A stretch of DNA of 64,000 bases from Pyrinomonadaceae bacterium (GTDB lineage Bacteria; Acidobacteriota; Blastocatellia; Pyrinomonadales; Pyrinomonadaceae): the NCBI GenBank assembly GCA_019694355.1, contig JAIBCB010000005.1, forward strand, positions 42,452 through 106,451, written 5' to 3'. A program made the position numbers and the translations under genes. Shown piece after piece: positions 18,067 through 27,589 of this stretch. Below the pieces are notes generated by a model, which was given only the letters and a program-made list of their open reading frames with translations, searched no databases and was not told where the DNA came from. Numbering within the stretch: the first letter of the stretch is position 1; each line of letters begins with the position of its first letter.

Positions 18067-19491
18067 ATGCCTCGGTCGCGCTTAAAAGGACGGACAACGG
18101 TAACTATGAATGATTTTGCAAGACTTTCATTTTCTGCACTTGTCGCGCTGATCGAAGACTCGCTTGACCAGATGGAACGGTGTGTAGAAGGCGATCCTAA
18201 TGATTTCCCAACCCAAATCGAGAGCGCGATAAAGCTATTGACCACGAAAATTTCTGAAGACTTTGTTCGCGACTGGCCCGAGTTTATACGTAAGGAGACG
18301 CAACGGCTCGTCGAAGAGTGTAAATCAGCGAACAACGAGATTGCTGTAGAATTGAAGTCGATTCAAGAGGACTTGGACGGAATTCAAGCCGAACTATCAG
18401 AAAGTAGAGCGGTTGAGACAGGTAATGGCGATGATGTTGAGGATCAATTTGAACAAATTAGAAACTACCTTCAAGGTCTCATGGATCTTTGCGAAACGGT
18501 CGTAGAGCGATTATTTGCCGTGCAATTTAACCGTTCGAGACCGAAGGCTTCTTTCGACCATACCCATGCGGTCAAACATGAACCTTGGATAATAATGTTA
18601 GATTATTTCCGGGCATTCCCGGAAAGAGCTAGCGGGTTAGAAATCAATGATTTTAATAAATTGAGGATAGATCTTATCCGGACAAGACAGGACACCCATA
18701 AATATTCTCGAGTTGCGGAACAGATAGAGGAACTTAAAATACCCCAGAAATACGACTTCTGTATTGAAGGCCATCCGTCACGAGCTGAGCGACTTAAGCA
18801 GAACCGGATTCAATTGGAGGAAATCTCACCTCCATCTCTCAGACGGCAGGTTGAGAGGCAAGCGAAAGAACTTAATACTCGAATTGAAGTTGCTATTCAA
18901 GAGTTACAGAAAAGAGCTGCCGAAACCACTGCACAAAGTCTTGCGCAAGAGAATCCACGGCTTTCTCGGGAGATCAGAGCTAATCAAGAACGGCGCGAGA
19001 GCCAGCTGTCCAAAGATCGCCCTCTGTTGATCGGGAGGCTTCGGCGACGTCTCGAAAGGGGAAACAAAGTGCCGGATGCCATGGCGGCCGAATTTCTTGA
19101 TTTTGAGGTATTTCCGCGAGGTCAATTGCCGATGGACTCGTTTAGCCAGATACTGAGAAAAAGAGGGATTCCTTTAACGCCGGCCACGTTGCACCGATTA
19201 AATCAAATCGAAAAGGAGTTTACCTATGACGTAAAATGCATTGGCAAGAATGGCTTCAATGGTTACATTATCTATCGATTCTTGAATAGCAACATTGTTA
19301 TTGCTGAGAAGCCAATTTATGGAAATGCAACGTACCTCGTGAGGGGCGAATGGGAAGAAGTAAAGAAGATCTTGAAACTTAGTCGGTGGGAGGCTCGGAC
19401 CCACTATAACAAACAGGTAAAACGGATAATCCATTACGATGAAATACAGTGGCTCAGTGAATTGAGACATAGTTTTCATTACTGGCATTAA
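18067..19491 (+). CDS. Hypothetical protein, 474 aa, no family recognised (orphan, low GC)
   Basis: It is a long uninterrupted ORF in an AT-richer stretch. The N-terminal ~330 aa are charged and helical or coiled-coil-like. The C-terminal ~100 aa (GFNGYIIYRF...GNATYLVRGEWEEV...RIIHYDEIQW) look like a compact domain. The start could be ATG 18067 or ATG 18106. Confidence 0.6.
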   Translation: MPRSRLKGRTTVTMNDFARLSFSALVALIEDSLDQMERCVEGDPNDFPTQIESAIKLLTTKISEDFVRDWPEFIRKETQRLVEECKSANNEIAVELKSIQEDLDGIQAELSESRAVETGNGDDVEDQFEQIRNYLQGLMDLCETVVERLFAVQFNRSRPKASFDHTHAVKHEPWIIMLDYFRAFPERASGLEINDFNKLRIDLIRTRQDTHKYSRVAEQIEELKIPQKYDFCIEGHPSRAERLKQNRIQLEEISPPSLRRQVERQAKELNTRIEVAIQELQKRAAETTAQSLAQENPRLSREIRANQERRESQLSKDRPLLIGRLRRRLERGNKVPDAMAAEFLDFEVFPRGQLPMDSFSQILRKRGIPLTPATLHRLNQIEKEFTYDVKCIGKNGFNGYIIYRFLNSNIVIAEKPIYGNATYLVRGEWEEVKKILKLSRWEARTHYNKQVKRIIHYDEIQWLSELRHSFHYWH

Positions 19492-19746
19492 GCGATCCTT
19501 GTGCGAATTTGGAAATAGAAACCGAAGCATGAATAAAACTTTGTTTTTTGTAAAAGGCTGTTTCCGAAAGACCCTCGGGTTTATCGAATGGGCTTGGATT
19601 GCTCTTTTTTGCTTTGTATGCCTCCAGCGAATTGCAGCGGGTTGTACAGGAAGGGCTGATGGCGGAAGTCCGGAAAAGATGCTGGACTTTAAGAAGTTCC
19701 TTTTCAATACGGAGGCTCATCCGATCCGACGAACATGGAAATAGAA

Positions 19747-19776
19747 GTCAGAACCGGGAGCGGTAGCGACTGGGTT
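19747..19776. repeat. Solo copy, opposite orientation, of the CGCTACCGC ... T(T/A)CTGAC hairpin unit family
   Basis: GTCAGAACCGGGAGCGGTAGCGACTGGGTT. Its reverse complement shares the CGCTACCGC core and TTCTGAC tail with the units at 33467-33882. Confidence 0.55.
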
Positions 19777-19797
19777 CCTCCAGCGGAAAGATCACAC

Positions 19798-20826
19798 ATG
19801 CCAAAAAAGAAAACGTCAGCAAAAGCAGCGAAAAAGCTCCTCATTACGGGCGGCACCGGATTTTTGGGTGCGGAGATCGTGCGTCAGTTGGTTGACGCGG
19901 GCGAAAAGAACCTGAGAGTGATGGCATCGAATGTTCCGGAATGGATGCTCGACGCAGGGGTTGAGGCTTGTGAAGGCTCCGTGACATCATCCGAAGACGT
20001 TTCACGTGCAGTCAAAGATGTCGAAACCGTCCTGCATCTCGCCGGAAAGGTTTCGCGTGATAACACCGACGCCGCGGCGATGAATCGCGTTCATCTTGAA
20101 GGGACGCGGACGCTTTGTGAGGCGGCCAGCGAGGCAGGTGTCGGAACGATGCTCCTGGCGTCGTCGAGCGGCACTATCGCCGTGAGCAAGGAAGAAGAGG
20201 TCTTTGATGAAACGTTTCCGGCACCCGTCGAGATCATTTCCCGCTGGGCGTATTATTCATCAAAATATTATCAGGAGCGAACTGCTCTGCTTAACTTTGA
20301 CGGCGAAGGCAAACGGCTCGTTATCCTGAATCCGACCCTATTGCTCGGGCCGGGCGATGAGCGCTTGTCATCGACAAAGCCGATCCTAGATTTCCTTGGG
20401 AAGAAAGTTCCATATTGTCCTAGCGGCGGGCTTAGTTTTGTTGACGTAAGGGATGCTGCCGCTGCTTTTATTTCTGCCATCGAAAAAGGAAACCACCAGG
20501 AAAGATATTTGCTCGGCGCCGAAAATATGCTCTTTTCTGAATTTTTCGGGAGACTTGAAAGATTGTCGGGTGTTAGGGCACCTAGCTTGCGTGTTCCGAA
20601 AAAGTGGGCATTCGCCGGTGCGACGATGATCGAATCGCTGTATTCGAACTGGGGAAAGGCTTCGCCGGTCGCGCCCGGCGAGGTCGATCAAGCCGAGCAT
20701 TTTTGGTATTTCGATTCAAGCAAAGCAAAAGAAGAGCTAGGATTTTCCGCCCGCGATGTTCAAGAGACTCTAAACGACACGGTCGCTTACATTCAACGAC
20801 ATTTTCTCGGCGGCGGACTCTTTTAG
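19798..20826 (+). CDS. NAD-dependent epimerase/dehydratase-family SDR (dihydroflavonol-reductase-like)
   Basis: LLITGGTGFLGAEIVRQL Rossmann motif and a YYSSK (YxxxK) catalytic motif. ATG 19798 is preferred, because the upstream extension translates a repeat unit. Confidence 0.85.
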   Translation: MPKKKTSAKAAKKLLITGGTGFLGAEIVRQLVDAGEKNLRVMASNVPEWMLDAGVEACEGSVTSSEDVSRAVKDVETVLHLAGKVSRDNTDAAAMNRVHLEGTRTLCEAASEAGVGTMLLASSSGTIAVSKEEEVFDETFPAPVEIISRWAYYSSKYYQERTALLNFDGEGKRLVILNPTLLLGPGDERLSSTKPILDFLGKKVPYCPSGGLSFVDVRDAAAAFISAIEKGNHQERYLLGAENMLFSEFFGRLERLSGVRAPSLRVPKKWAFAGATMIESLYSNWGKASPVAPGEVDQAEHFWYFDSSKAKEELGFSARDVQETLNDTVAYIQRHFLGGGLF

Positions 20827-21245
20827 TCCAAAGGGATCAAGTCGAAGAAAAAGAAGATAGCGGCGGCGGCTCGCGGTTCGACACCCGACGCGTAGCCGAT
20901 GGTTCGGCGGCTTGCGTTTTCAATACGGCCGTTCTCCAGGACGTAACCTAGAGTTGTGCGCGAGGCGTTTTCGACGCGGCCGTTGGATCGCAAATAGCCG
21001 ATCGTGCTCCGGCTTGCGTTCTCGACGGTCCCATTGCTTTTAACGTAGCCAAGCGTCCTGCGAGAGGCGTCTTCGAGAGCACCGCTTGTGGAGAGATATC
21101 CAACCGTCCGCCTCGACGCATTTTCGATCGTTCCGGAAGAGGAAACATAGCCGATCGTGCGTCTGCTGGCGTTCTCGATCCTTTGTCCGGCCGCTGCGAT
21201 CGCGCACAAAAATAAGAAGATCGTGAGCAGGAAACTTTTCTTCAT
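20823..21245 (-). CDS. Secreted repeat protein: six tandem 17-aa units (G-x-[IV]-E-N-A-S-R-R-T-[IL]-G-Y-[VL]-x-x-x)
   Basis: Signal peptide MKKSFLLTIFLFLCAIAAAGQ, then RIENASRRTIGYVSSSG / TIENASRRTVGYLSTSG / ALEDASRRTLGYVKSNG / TVENASRSTIGYLRSNG / RVENASRTTLGYVLENG / RIENASRRTIGYASG. This gives a 51-bp DNA periodicity. It may be related to beta-flower-type repeats (low confidence). Confidence 0.7.
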   Translation of the reverse strand: MKKSFLLTIFLFLCAIAAAGQRIENASRRTIGYVSSSGTIENASRRTVGYLSTSGALEDASRRTLGYVKSNGTVENASRSTIGYLRSNGRVENASRTTLGYVLENGRIENASRRTIGYASGVEPRAAAAIFFFFDLIPLD

Positions 21246-22555
21246 CTTGGTCTTACATTGACCGATCTATAGGTCACGAAAATCACCGTCCCAAAAAGTG
21301 CGGCCAGAACGATCGGGATCACCTGCTTGGTCAGATCCGCATTCGTCAATAGCCAAATCATCACAACGAGGGATAGAGTGACCACTACTCCGGCGGCCGG
21401 TATTTGAAATTCGGCCTTTGGCGATCCTTCTTGTCGTCGAAGGATCGGCAACGCGATGCAGGTGGTCGCGTAAACGATAAGACGTGTAACGACTGATATC
21501 GCGAGTGCTGATATGAACGACGTATTAAGGGTAACTATCAAGACGGCAAACGACGTCAATAGGATCGCCGTGGTCGGAATGTGTGAACGCTGAGAAGTCT
21601 TGCCAAGCGGCCGCGGAAGATCGCCTTGTTCCGACATCGCAAAGAGGAGACGTGTGGCCGCGAGCAATCCGACATTCAAGTTGCCGAGGATCGAAACGAG
21701 AGCTCCGACGGTAACGACGATGGCGCCGATCGGTCCCGCAATGACCGCCGCCGCGTCAGCGATTGGACGTTGTGAGGATGCGAGCTCGGGGACGGTTCCG
21801 ATCGCGACGATCTGAATTCCGATATAGAGGATGGCAACGATCGCGAGGGCCAAAAAGAGGCCGACGGGGACGGTCCGTTGAGGGTCCTTTGTTTCGCCGG
21901 CGACGATCACTGCGGATTCAAATCCGACGAACGCGTAGATCAAAAGTAGAACTGACTCGGAGAACGAAGTGAAGGCCGGGGCCGCTCCAAACTGAAATGC
22001 ATTACGATCAACAAAGAACATTCCGGCTGCGACGACCGCAATGAGTGGTGCAAGTTTGCCGACCGTCATTATGTTCGTTGCCGTAGCAGATTGTTTGACG
22101 CCGATGAGGTTGATGATCGTGATAAGAGCGATGATCGCGAGGACGAGAAGCACGCGAATCGCATCAGATGCCGGGAAGAAGAGCCCAAGGTATGTAACGA
22201 ACAGGTTCGTGTTTGCGGCGATCGTCGTAACCCGGACGATCCAGTAGAGCCATCCGACCTCAAAACCGGCAAGCGGCCCGAATGCCTCCCTGGCATAGAG
22301 ATAAGGTCCGCCGCTTTTGTCGAAACGGCTGCCGACCTCAGCGTAGCAAAGCACGAAGAGACCGATGACCAGTGCACATACGACAAATGAAAGAAGGCTG
22401 TATGTACCGACCTTTGCGTAGATCGCCGCGGGCAATCCAAAAATACCCGCACCGATTATCGTGTTTATTACGACCGCGGTGAAGTCTTTTCGGGAAAGGC
22501 CGCGAATGAGTTTGTCCTGCATTCTTAACGTGCAATGGCGCTCAATAGCGTCCAT
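21242..22555 (-). CDS. APC-superfamily amino acid permease
   Basis: About 12 predicted TM segments. The N-terminal motif is FTAVVINTIIGAGIFGLPAAI. The start may be M1 (22555) or M12 (22522). Confidence 0.85.
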   Translation of the reverse strand: MDAIERHCTLRMQDKLIRGLSRKDFTAVVINTIIGAGIFGLPAAIYAKVGTYSLLSFVVCALVIGLFVLCYAEVGSRFDKSGGPYLYAREAFGPLAGFEVGWLYWIVRVTTIAANTNLFVTYLGLFFPASDAIRVLLVLAIIALITIINLIGVKQSATATNIMTVGKLAPLIAVVAAGMFFVDRNAFQFGAAPAFTSFSESVLLLIYAFVGFESAVIVAGETKDPQRTVPVGLFLALAIVAILYIGIQIVAIGTVPELASSQRPIADAAAVIAGPIGAIVVTVGALVSILGNLNVGLLAATRLLFAMSEQGDLPRPLGKTSQRSHIPTTAILLTSFAVLIVTLNTSFISALAISVVTRLIVYATTCIALPILRRQEGSPKAEFQIPAAGVVVTLSLVVMIWLLTNADLTKQVIPIVLAALFGTVIFVTYRSVNVRPR

Positions 22556-22611
22556 TGTTTTATACTCTTTTTGCCCCTATTCTCGAAATATCGAAGGATG
22601 AAACTTTGGTT

Positions 22612-23613
22612 ATGAAACGACTTCGGGATCGTATTGGTTTGTTGGTTCTTTTCCTTTGTGTGAGTACTGCTTTCGGGCAGAAGGCGAGCAGTCGCGAGAT
22701 CGTCAAGCCGGCGGACTATAAGGCTCCGCCGATCGTGTCGGTAAATGAGATGAACGAACTGCTGACACGCGCTGTGGATGCCGCGATCGAAGAATTCAAG
22801 GCAAAGAAGTTTTCTACGCAGGATGTGTCGGCAACTCTGATCGTGCTTAGCGATAATGCTGCCGAATGGAAGCAGGGCGAAGTTCGCGGGACAGAGCGTA
22901 TCTATCCGGCAAGCGTCGTTAAGCTATTCTACATGTCCGCACTTGAGCGTCAGATAGAAGACGGAAAAGTTACGGTCACCCCCGAACTCCAACGCGGGCT
23001 TCGCGATATGATCGTTGATTCTTCGAACGAGGCCACGCAATACATTCTCGATGTCTTAACGGATACTTCAAGCGGGGCCGAGCTCCCTGAGAAACAGTTT
23101 GAGGTTTGGCAGTATAAGCGAAACCGTGTAAACAGATTTTTTGCGTCGATGGGATATGAGAACATCAACGTCAATCAAAAGACCTTTTGTGAGGACGCTT
23201 ACGGCATCGAACAGCAATCGCGAAAGTATAAGGGTGAGAATCGAAATATGCTGACCACGAACGCGGTTGCGAGGCTTCTTTCCGAGATCGTTACGGGCCG
23301 AATTGCAAATAAACAACGCACGGAGGAAATGATGACCCTGCTGCACCGAGATCCGTTCGCCAGTGGCCCGGCAGACGACCAAGCCCACGGTTTCACGGGG
23401 CGAATGTTGATCGACCGAAAATTGACGGGCCTTAAGCTTTGGTCAAAGGCAGGTTGGACTAGCAAGACACGGCACGATGCGGCATACATCGAGACCGCTG
23501 ACGGGCTAAAGTTCGTCCTCGTAGTCTTTACCGTGGATCACGCGGATGAAGCCGGCTTCATACCGGCGGTCGCGGGACGGGTTCTTGATGCATTGACCGC
23601 CAAGGATCATTGA
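22612..23613 (+). CDS. Secreted serine hydrolase, class A beta-lactamase-like fold
   Basis: Signal peptide MKRLRDRIGLLVLFLCVSTAFG, SxxK (PASVVK), SxN (DSSNEAT) and a KTG-like triad (KAGWT). ATG 22612. Confidence 0.7.
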   Translation: MKRLRDRIGLLVLFLCVSTAFGQKASSREIVKPADYKAPPIVSVNEMNELLTRAVDAAIEEFKAKKFSTQDVSATLIVLSDNAAEWKQGEVRGTERIYPASVVKLFYMSALERQIEDGKVTVTPELQRGLRDMIVDSSNEATQYILDVLTDTSSGAELPEKQFEVWQYKRNRVNRFFASMGYENINVNQKTFCEDAYGIEQQSRKYKGENRNMLTTNAVARLLSEIVTGRIANKQRTEEMMTLLHRDPFASGPADDQAHGFTGRMLIDRKLTGLKLWSKAGWTSKTRHDAAYIETADGLKFVLVVFTVDHADEAGFIPAVAGRVLDALTAKDH

Positions 23614-26600
23614 AGGTCGCAAACTTCGATGACCTCCGCGAGTTCTGAGGGTGAATGTTTATCGGCGATGATGTAAGCAAATCCGCGTCGCAGAACATCC
23701 TTTGCCTGCGCTGCCGGCACCGGCCGTGAGAACAGGTAGCCTTGGCCCAATCCGCAATTCAATTCTCTCAGTTTTTCGCGTTGGCTGCGTGTCTCGATGC
23801 CTTCCGCAACGACCTCAAGATCGAGATTTTCGCCTAGCATAAGGATCGTTTTCACGATCAGCGAGCTTTTCTCGTCATCGTCCATCGCCTTCACGAATGA
23901 GCGATCGATCTTTAGTCTTTGGAAAGGGAATTTTTGGAGATAACTAAGACTCGAGTAGCCGGTTCCAAAGTCGTCGGTCGAGAGGCCAACGCCGAGGCGC
24001 CGCAGTTCGCGGAGCACCTTTAACGCCTTGTCACTGTGTTCCATAACAGTGCTCTCGGTTACCTCGAGTTTTATTTGTGAGGGATCTAGACCGCTCCTTC
24101 CGATAGCTTCACGTACCTGAGTTGCGAGGGTCGGATGCATCAACTGCTTTGCCGAAAGATTTACGCTCACGGTGAGGAGGCGATCTGCGTCCCGCTGCCA
24201 TTGGGCCAACTGGCGACAAGCTTCGCTCAGGATCCATTTGCCGATGGGAATAATAAGCCCCGTCTCTTCTGCAACATGAACAAACTCTTCCGGACCGACA
24301 AGGCCGTGTTCGGGATGCTGCCACCGTATCAGAGCTTCGAACTCGCTAACCTTTCCGGACTCGAGATCAACGATCGGTTGGTAATGGACTTCGAACTGTT
24401 CTTTATCGATCGCATGCCGCAGATCGGTCTCGATCTGGAGCAAGGTCATGTTCCGAACGTGCAGTTCCTGGTCAAAGATCTCAAAGCGAGCCTTTCCGCC
24501 CTCCTTCGCTCGGTACATGGCCGCGTCAGCATCTCGCAGGAAATCTTCAGCTGTCCGGTGAATTTGGCCTGAGAGAACGATGCCGATGCTCGCCGTTGTG
24601 AAAACCTCGTAGTTGTCGAGTTTGAATGGTTCGGAGATCCTTATTTGGAGTCTTTCCGCGATCTTTGCGACTTCACGTGGATTGCTGCTTCGCTGCAGCA
24701 AGATCGTGAACTCATCGCCGCCGAGCCTTGCGACGATATCACCTGGCCTTACGCACGAGCTCAGCTTCTCGGCGATCGCGACAAGAAGTTTGTCGCCGAT
24801 GGTATGCCCGAGACTGTCGTTGATGACCTTGAAACGATCGAGGTCCAGAAATAGGACCGCGAAATGGGCAAACTCGCTGCGTTCGCTTTTTGCCACGGCA
24901 TCACGAAGGTGATTCATGAACGCTGCCCTATTTGGGAGTTCGGTGAGCGGGTCATGAAGGGCATAATGGCGCAGACGTTCTTCGGCCAGCGTGCGTTCGG
25001 TAATGTCACGAAAACAGCAAACGCGGCCGACGGGCTCACCGTCGGCAAACTGAGGCTGGGAATACCGTTCGTAGATACGGCCGTCCTTTAGCCTAACGAT
25101 GGAATTCATCGCGAGCTGCGTGTCATTGTAGAGGGCGTCGAGATCCGAAATAAATAATTCGGGCTCCTCGAGTTGTGCACAGAGATGTCCGATCATCTCA
25201 TCGGCATCCTTTACCTTCCCTTCATGAACGGGAAGGCCCCACATATCACCAAATTTCTTGTTATAGGTAACTATCTGCCTGTCGAGACTCATTACGACGA
25301 TGCCGTCAGCCGTGGACTCAAAGGTAGATGAGAAAAGCGATACCGTCTCGAGTATCTTCCGCTCAGCAATTCGTTTTTCAGTGATATTGCGTCCCAGGCC
25401 TTGGATTCCGACCGGAACACCGTCGGCGTACATCATTCTAGTACTGACCTCGAGCGTGATGCGCTGTCCGTCTTTTGCGATGATCTCGATCTCGTACATC
25501 GTCGCTTTGTCGCTCTCCGACATTCGCGGCTTCATGTTGCTAGCCGTTTCAATAAACTCCGGTGCGACGATATCCACGTAGTGCATCTTGAGAAGCTCAT
25601 CGCGTGAATATCCGGTGACCAGCTCAACAGCACGATTTAAAGACGTGAAGTTGCCATTAGTGTCGTGCGTGTAGATAAGATCGTTTGCGTTCTCAACAAG
25701 ATCGCGAAACCGCGCTTCGCTCTCTCTCAGTGCGTCTTCAGCACGTCGGCTGTCAGTAATATCCTGGATCGTGCCGAACAGCCTCTCGGTTCGCCCATTC
25801 GGTCCTCCGACCGTTTCAGCCTGCGTTTTCAAGAGGCGTTCCTGGCCGTCGGGCAGGATGATCCGCACTTCGACATCGAAATATTTTTGCTCGCGGATCG
25901 CTGAGACGAAGCTCTCGGAGAAGATCGTACGATCGGACGGGCGGATCGCTTGATAGATAAAATCTATTGTTGGCCGGATCGAACGCGGAGCATAGCCAAA
26001 GATGCGATATACCTCATCGGACCACGTGATGATATTCGCAGGAGAATTTATGCCTTCTTTAAGCTCCATCTCCCAGCTTCCGAGGTGCGTGATCCTTTGG
26101 GCGGCGGCCAGATTTGCCTCGCTCTTGCGCAAGGCTTCGTCCGAAAGCCGACGATCTGTAATGTCGCGGGCGATGCCTTGCACGCCGACGAAAACTCCGT
26201 CCTTTAGGATAGGTCGGCTTTTAACGTCGAGCGTTGCCCGCCCTCCATCTTTTCGTATGCAGTCGATCTCAAAGGAAGTTTCTTCTCCCGCCACCTTTTT
26301 TAGGAACTCTTCGCGGGCGTACTCCATTTGCTCCGGGACGACAATATCCGCAAAATTCAACCCTAAGGCTTCATTGAGCGAATAGCCTAAAACTGCCTCT
26401 GCGGCCTTGTTGATTGAGGTGTAGTTCCCATTGACGTCCTGGACGTACAAGATGTCGCTTGCATTCTCGAAAAGTTCTCTATATCGCGCTTCGCTCTCAC
26501 GCAGGCGATTCTCGGATTCGACAAGGAGAGAAATGTCCTGCCAGATCACCATTCCCGAGAAGATCGAGCCATTCTCGTCGCGGATCGGGAGAACGGTAAC

Positions 26601-27320
26601 GGAGAATAGCCCATCTTCGTTCGATTCGTGCCAAGTGAGGGTTTCACCTGCGAGAGCTCGTCGGTAACGCTCGGCCCACTTGACTCCTTCCTCACCCGGG
26701 AACACTTCCAAAACGGTCTTCCCCTCAAACATCTCTTTCGGCCAGCGACGCGTGTCGAGTTGTTCGCCTTCCGCGAGTCGATAGGAGAGGTTGTCATCAA
26801 ACAGGAGCACACCGGCACCGGGGATGTTGCTGGCCAACGCCCGATAGAATTTTTCGCGCCGCTCAAGCTCCTTTTCGCTTTCCATTTCCGATGTGATGTC
26901 AAGAATGACGCCCTGCCAGCACAGCCGCTCGCCTGACTTATCGAGAATGAAGCAGCCGCGATCCCGAACCCAGGCAATTCGGCTATCGGCACAGATCACG
27001 CGATATACAAAATCCGTGCTTTCGCCACGCTTTAAAGCTTCTCGCGTTCTTTCGAGGACCTCGCGATCTTCCGGATGAGTTACGAGATCCCAAATGTCAG
27101 GTTTGGTCAGCCAAACTTCCAGCGGATAGCCGAACCGCTCGAACGAGCGACTAATAAAGAGGGGCTTGTGCGGCGGCGATGGTGTAACTGCATAGAACAT
27201 CGCCGGAAGGTTCTCGATAAAGGTCCGGAAGAGGCTGTCGTCGGCCGCGATGATCGGGAGATTTGCCAAGATCCTTTCGCCCGCCTTGCTTACGGCTTCA
27301 TTTTTAAGGAGGGTTGTCAT
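23607..27320 (-). CDS. Multi-PAS sensor diguanylate cyclase/phosphodiesterase (GGDEF + EAL)
   Basis: 1237 aa. Several PAS/PAC units, with the pattern ...ERLFGTIQDITDSRRAE... repeated. GGDEF is intact (RLGGDEFTILL). EAL is intact (EALIRW, DDFGTGYSSLSYL). Confidence 0.9.
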   Translation of the reverse strand: MTTLLKNEAVSKAGERILANLPIIAADDSLFRTFIENLPAMFYAVTPSPPHKPLFISRSFERFGYPLEVWLTKPDIWDLVTHPEDREVLERTREALKRGESTDFVYRVICADSRIAWVRDRGCFILDKSGERLCWQGVILDITSEMESEKELERREKFYRALASNIPGAGVLLFDDNLSYRLAEGEQLDTRRWPKEMFEGKTVLEVFPGEEGVKWAERYRRALAGETLTWHESNEDGLFSVTVLPIRDENGSIFSGMVIWQDISLLVESENRLRESEARYRELFENASDILYVQDVNGNYTSINKAAEAVLGYSLNEALGLNFADIVVPEQMEYAREEFLKKVAGEETSFEIDCIRKDGGRATLDVKSRPILKDGVFVGVQGIARDITDRRLSDEALRKSEANLAAAQRITHLGSWEMELKEGINSPANIITWSDEVYRIFGYAPRSIRPTIDFIYQAIRPSDRTIFSESFVSAIREQKYFDVEVRIILPDGQERLLKTQAETVGGPNGRTERLFGTIQDITDSRRAEDALRESEARFRDLVENANDLIYTHDTNGNFTSLNRAVELVTGYSRDELLKMHYVDIVAPEFIETASNMKPRMSESDKATMYEIEIIAKDGQRITLEVSTRMMYADGVPVGIQGLGRNITEKRIAERKILETVSLFSSTFESTADGIVVMSLDRQIVTYNKKFGDMWGLPVHEGKVKDADEMIGHLCAQLEEPELFISDLDALYNDTQLAMNSIVRLKDGRIYERYSQPQFADGEPVGRVCCFRDITERTLAEERLRHYALHDPLTELPNRAAFMNHLRDAVAKSERSEFAHFAVLFLDLDRFKVINDSLGHTIGDKLLVAIAEKLSSCVRPGDIVARLGGDEFTILLQRSSNPREVAKIAERLQIRISEPFKLDNYEVFTTASIGIVLSGQIHRTAEDFLRDADAAMYRAKEGGKARFEIFDQELHVRNMTLLQIETDLRHAIDKEQFEVHYQPIVDLESGKVSEFEALIRWQHPEHGLVGPEEFVHVAEETGLIIPIGKWILSEACRQLAQWQRDADRLLTVSVNLSAKQLMHPTLATQVREAIGRSGLDPSQIKLEVTESTVMEHSDKALKVLRELRRLGVGLSTDDFGTGYSSLSYLQKFPFQRLKIDRSFVKAMDDDEKSSLIVKTILMLGENLDLEVVAEGIETRSQREKLRELNCGLGQGYLFSRPVPAAQAKDVLRRGFAYIIADKHSPSELAEVIEVCDLQ

Positions 27321-27589
27321 CGAAAAAAAGGGATATTAGGGTCGGATCTAAAAGGGAATGCCCTTCGGAATGAAGCAAATAGGGGCTTTAAGGCGGCTGA
27401 TCAAACGGAGAGTTATACACAAACCATTCGGTCGCAAAGAGAAACGGCTACGCGCTTGGGTTGCGCGACGCACTAATAGTAACATGAAATACAAAGCCGT
27501 TGCTACCTTTTTTCGCTTGGTCAGGATCTGTTTCGAGGCCGGATCTTCGCCCGTTTTTTCAATGCCTTGACCGGACCTTTCTGCTGAAT

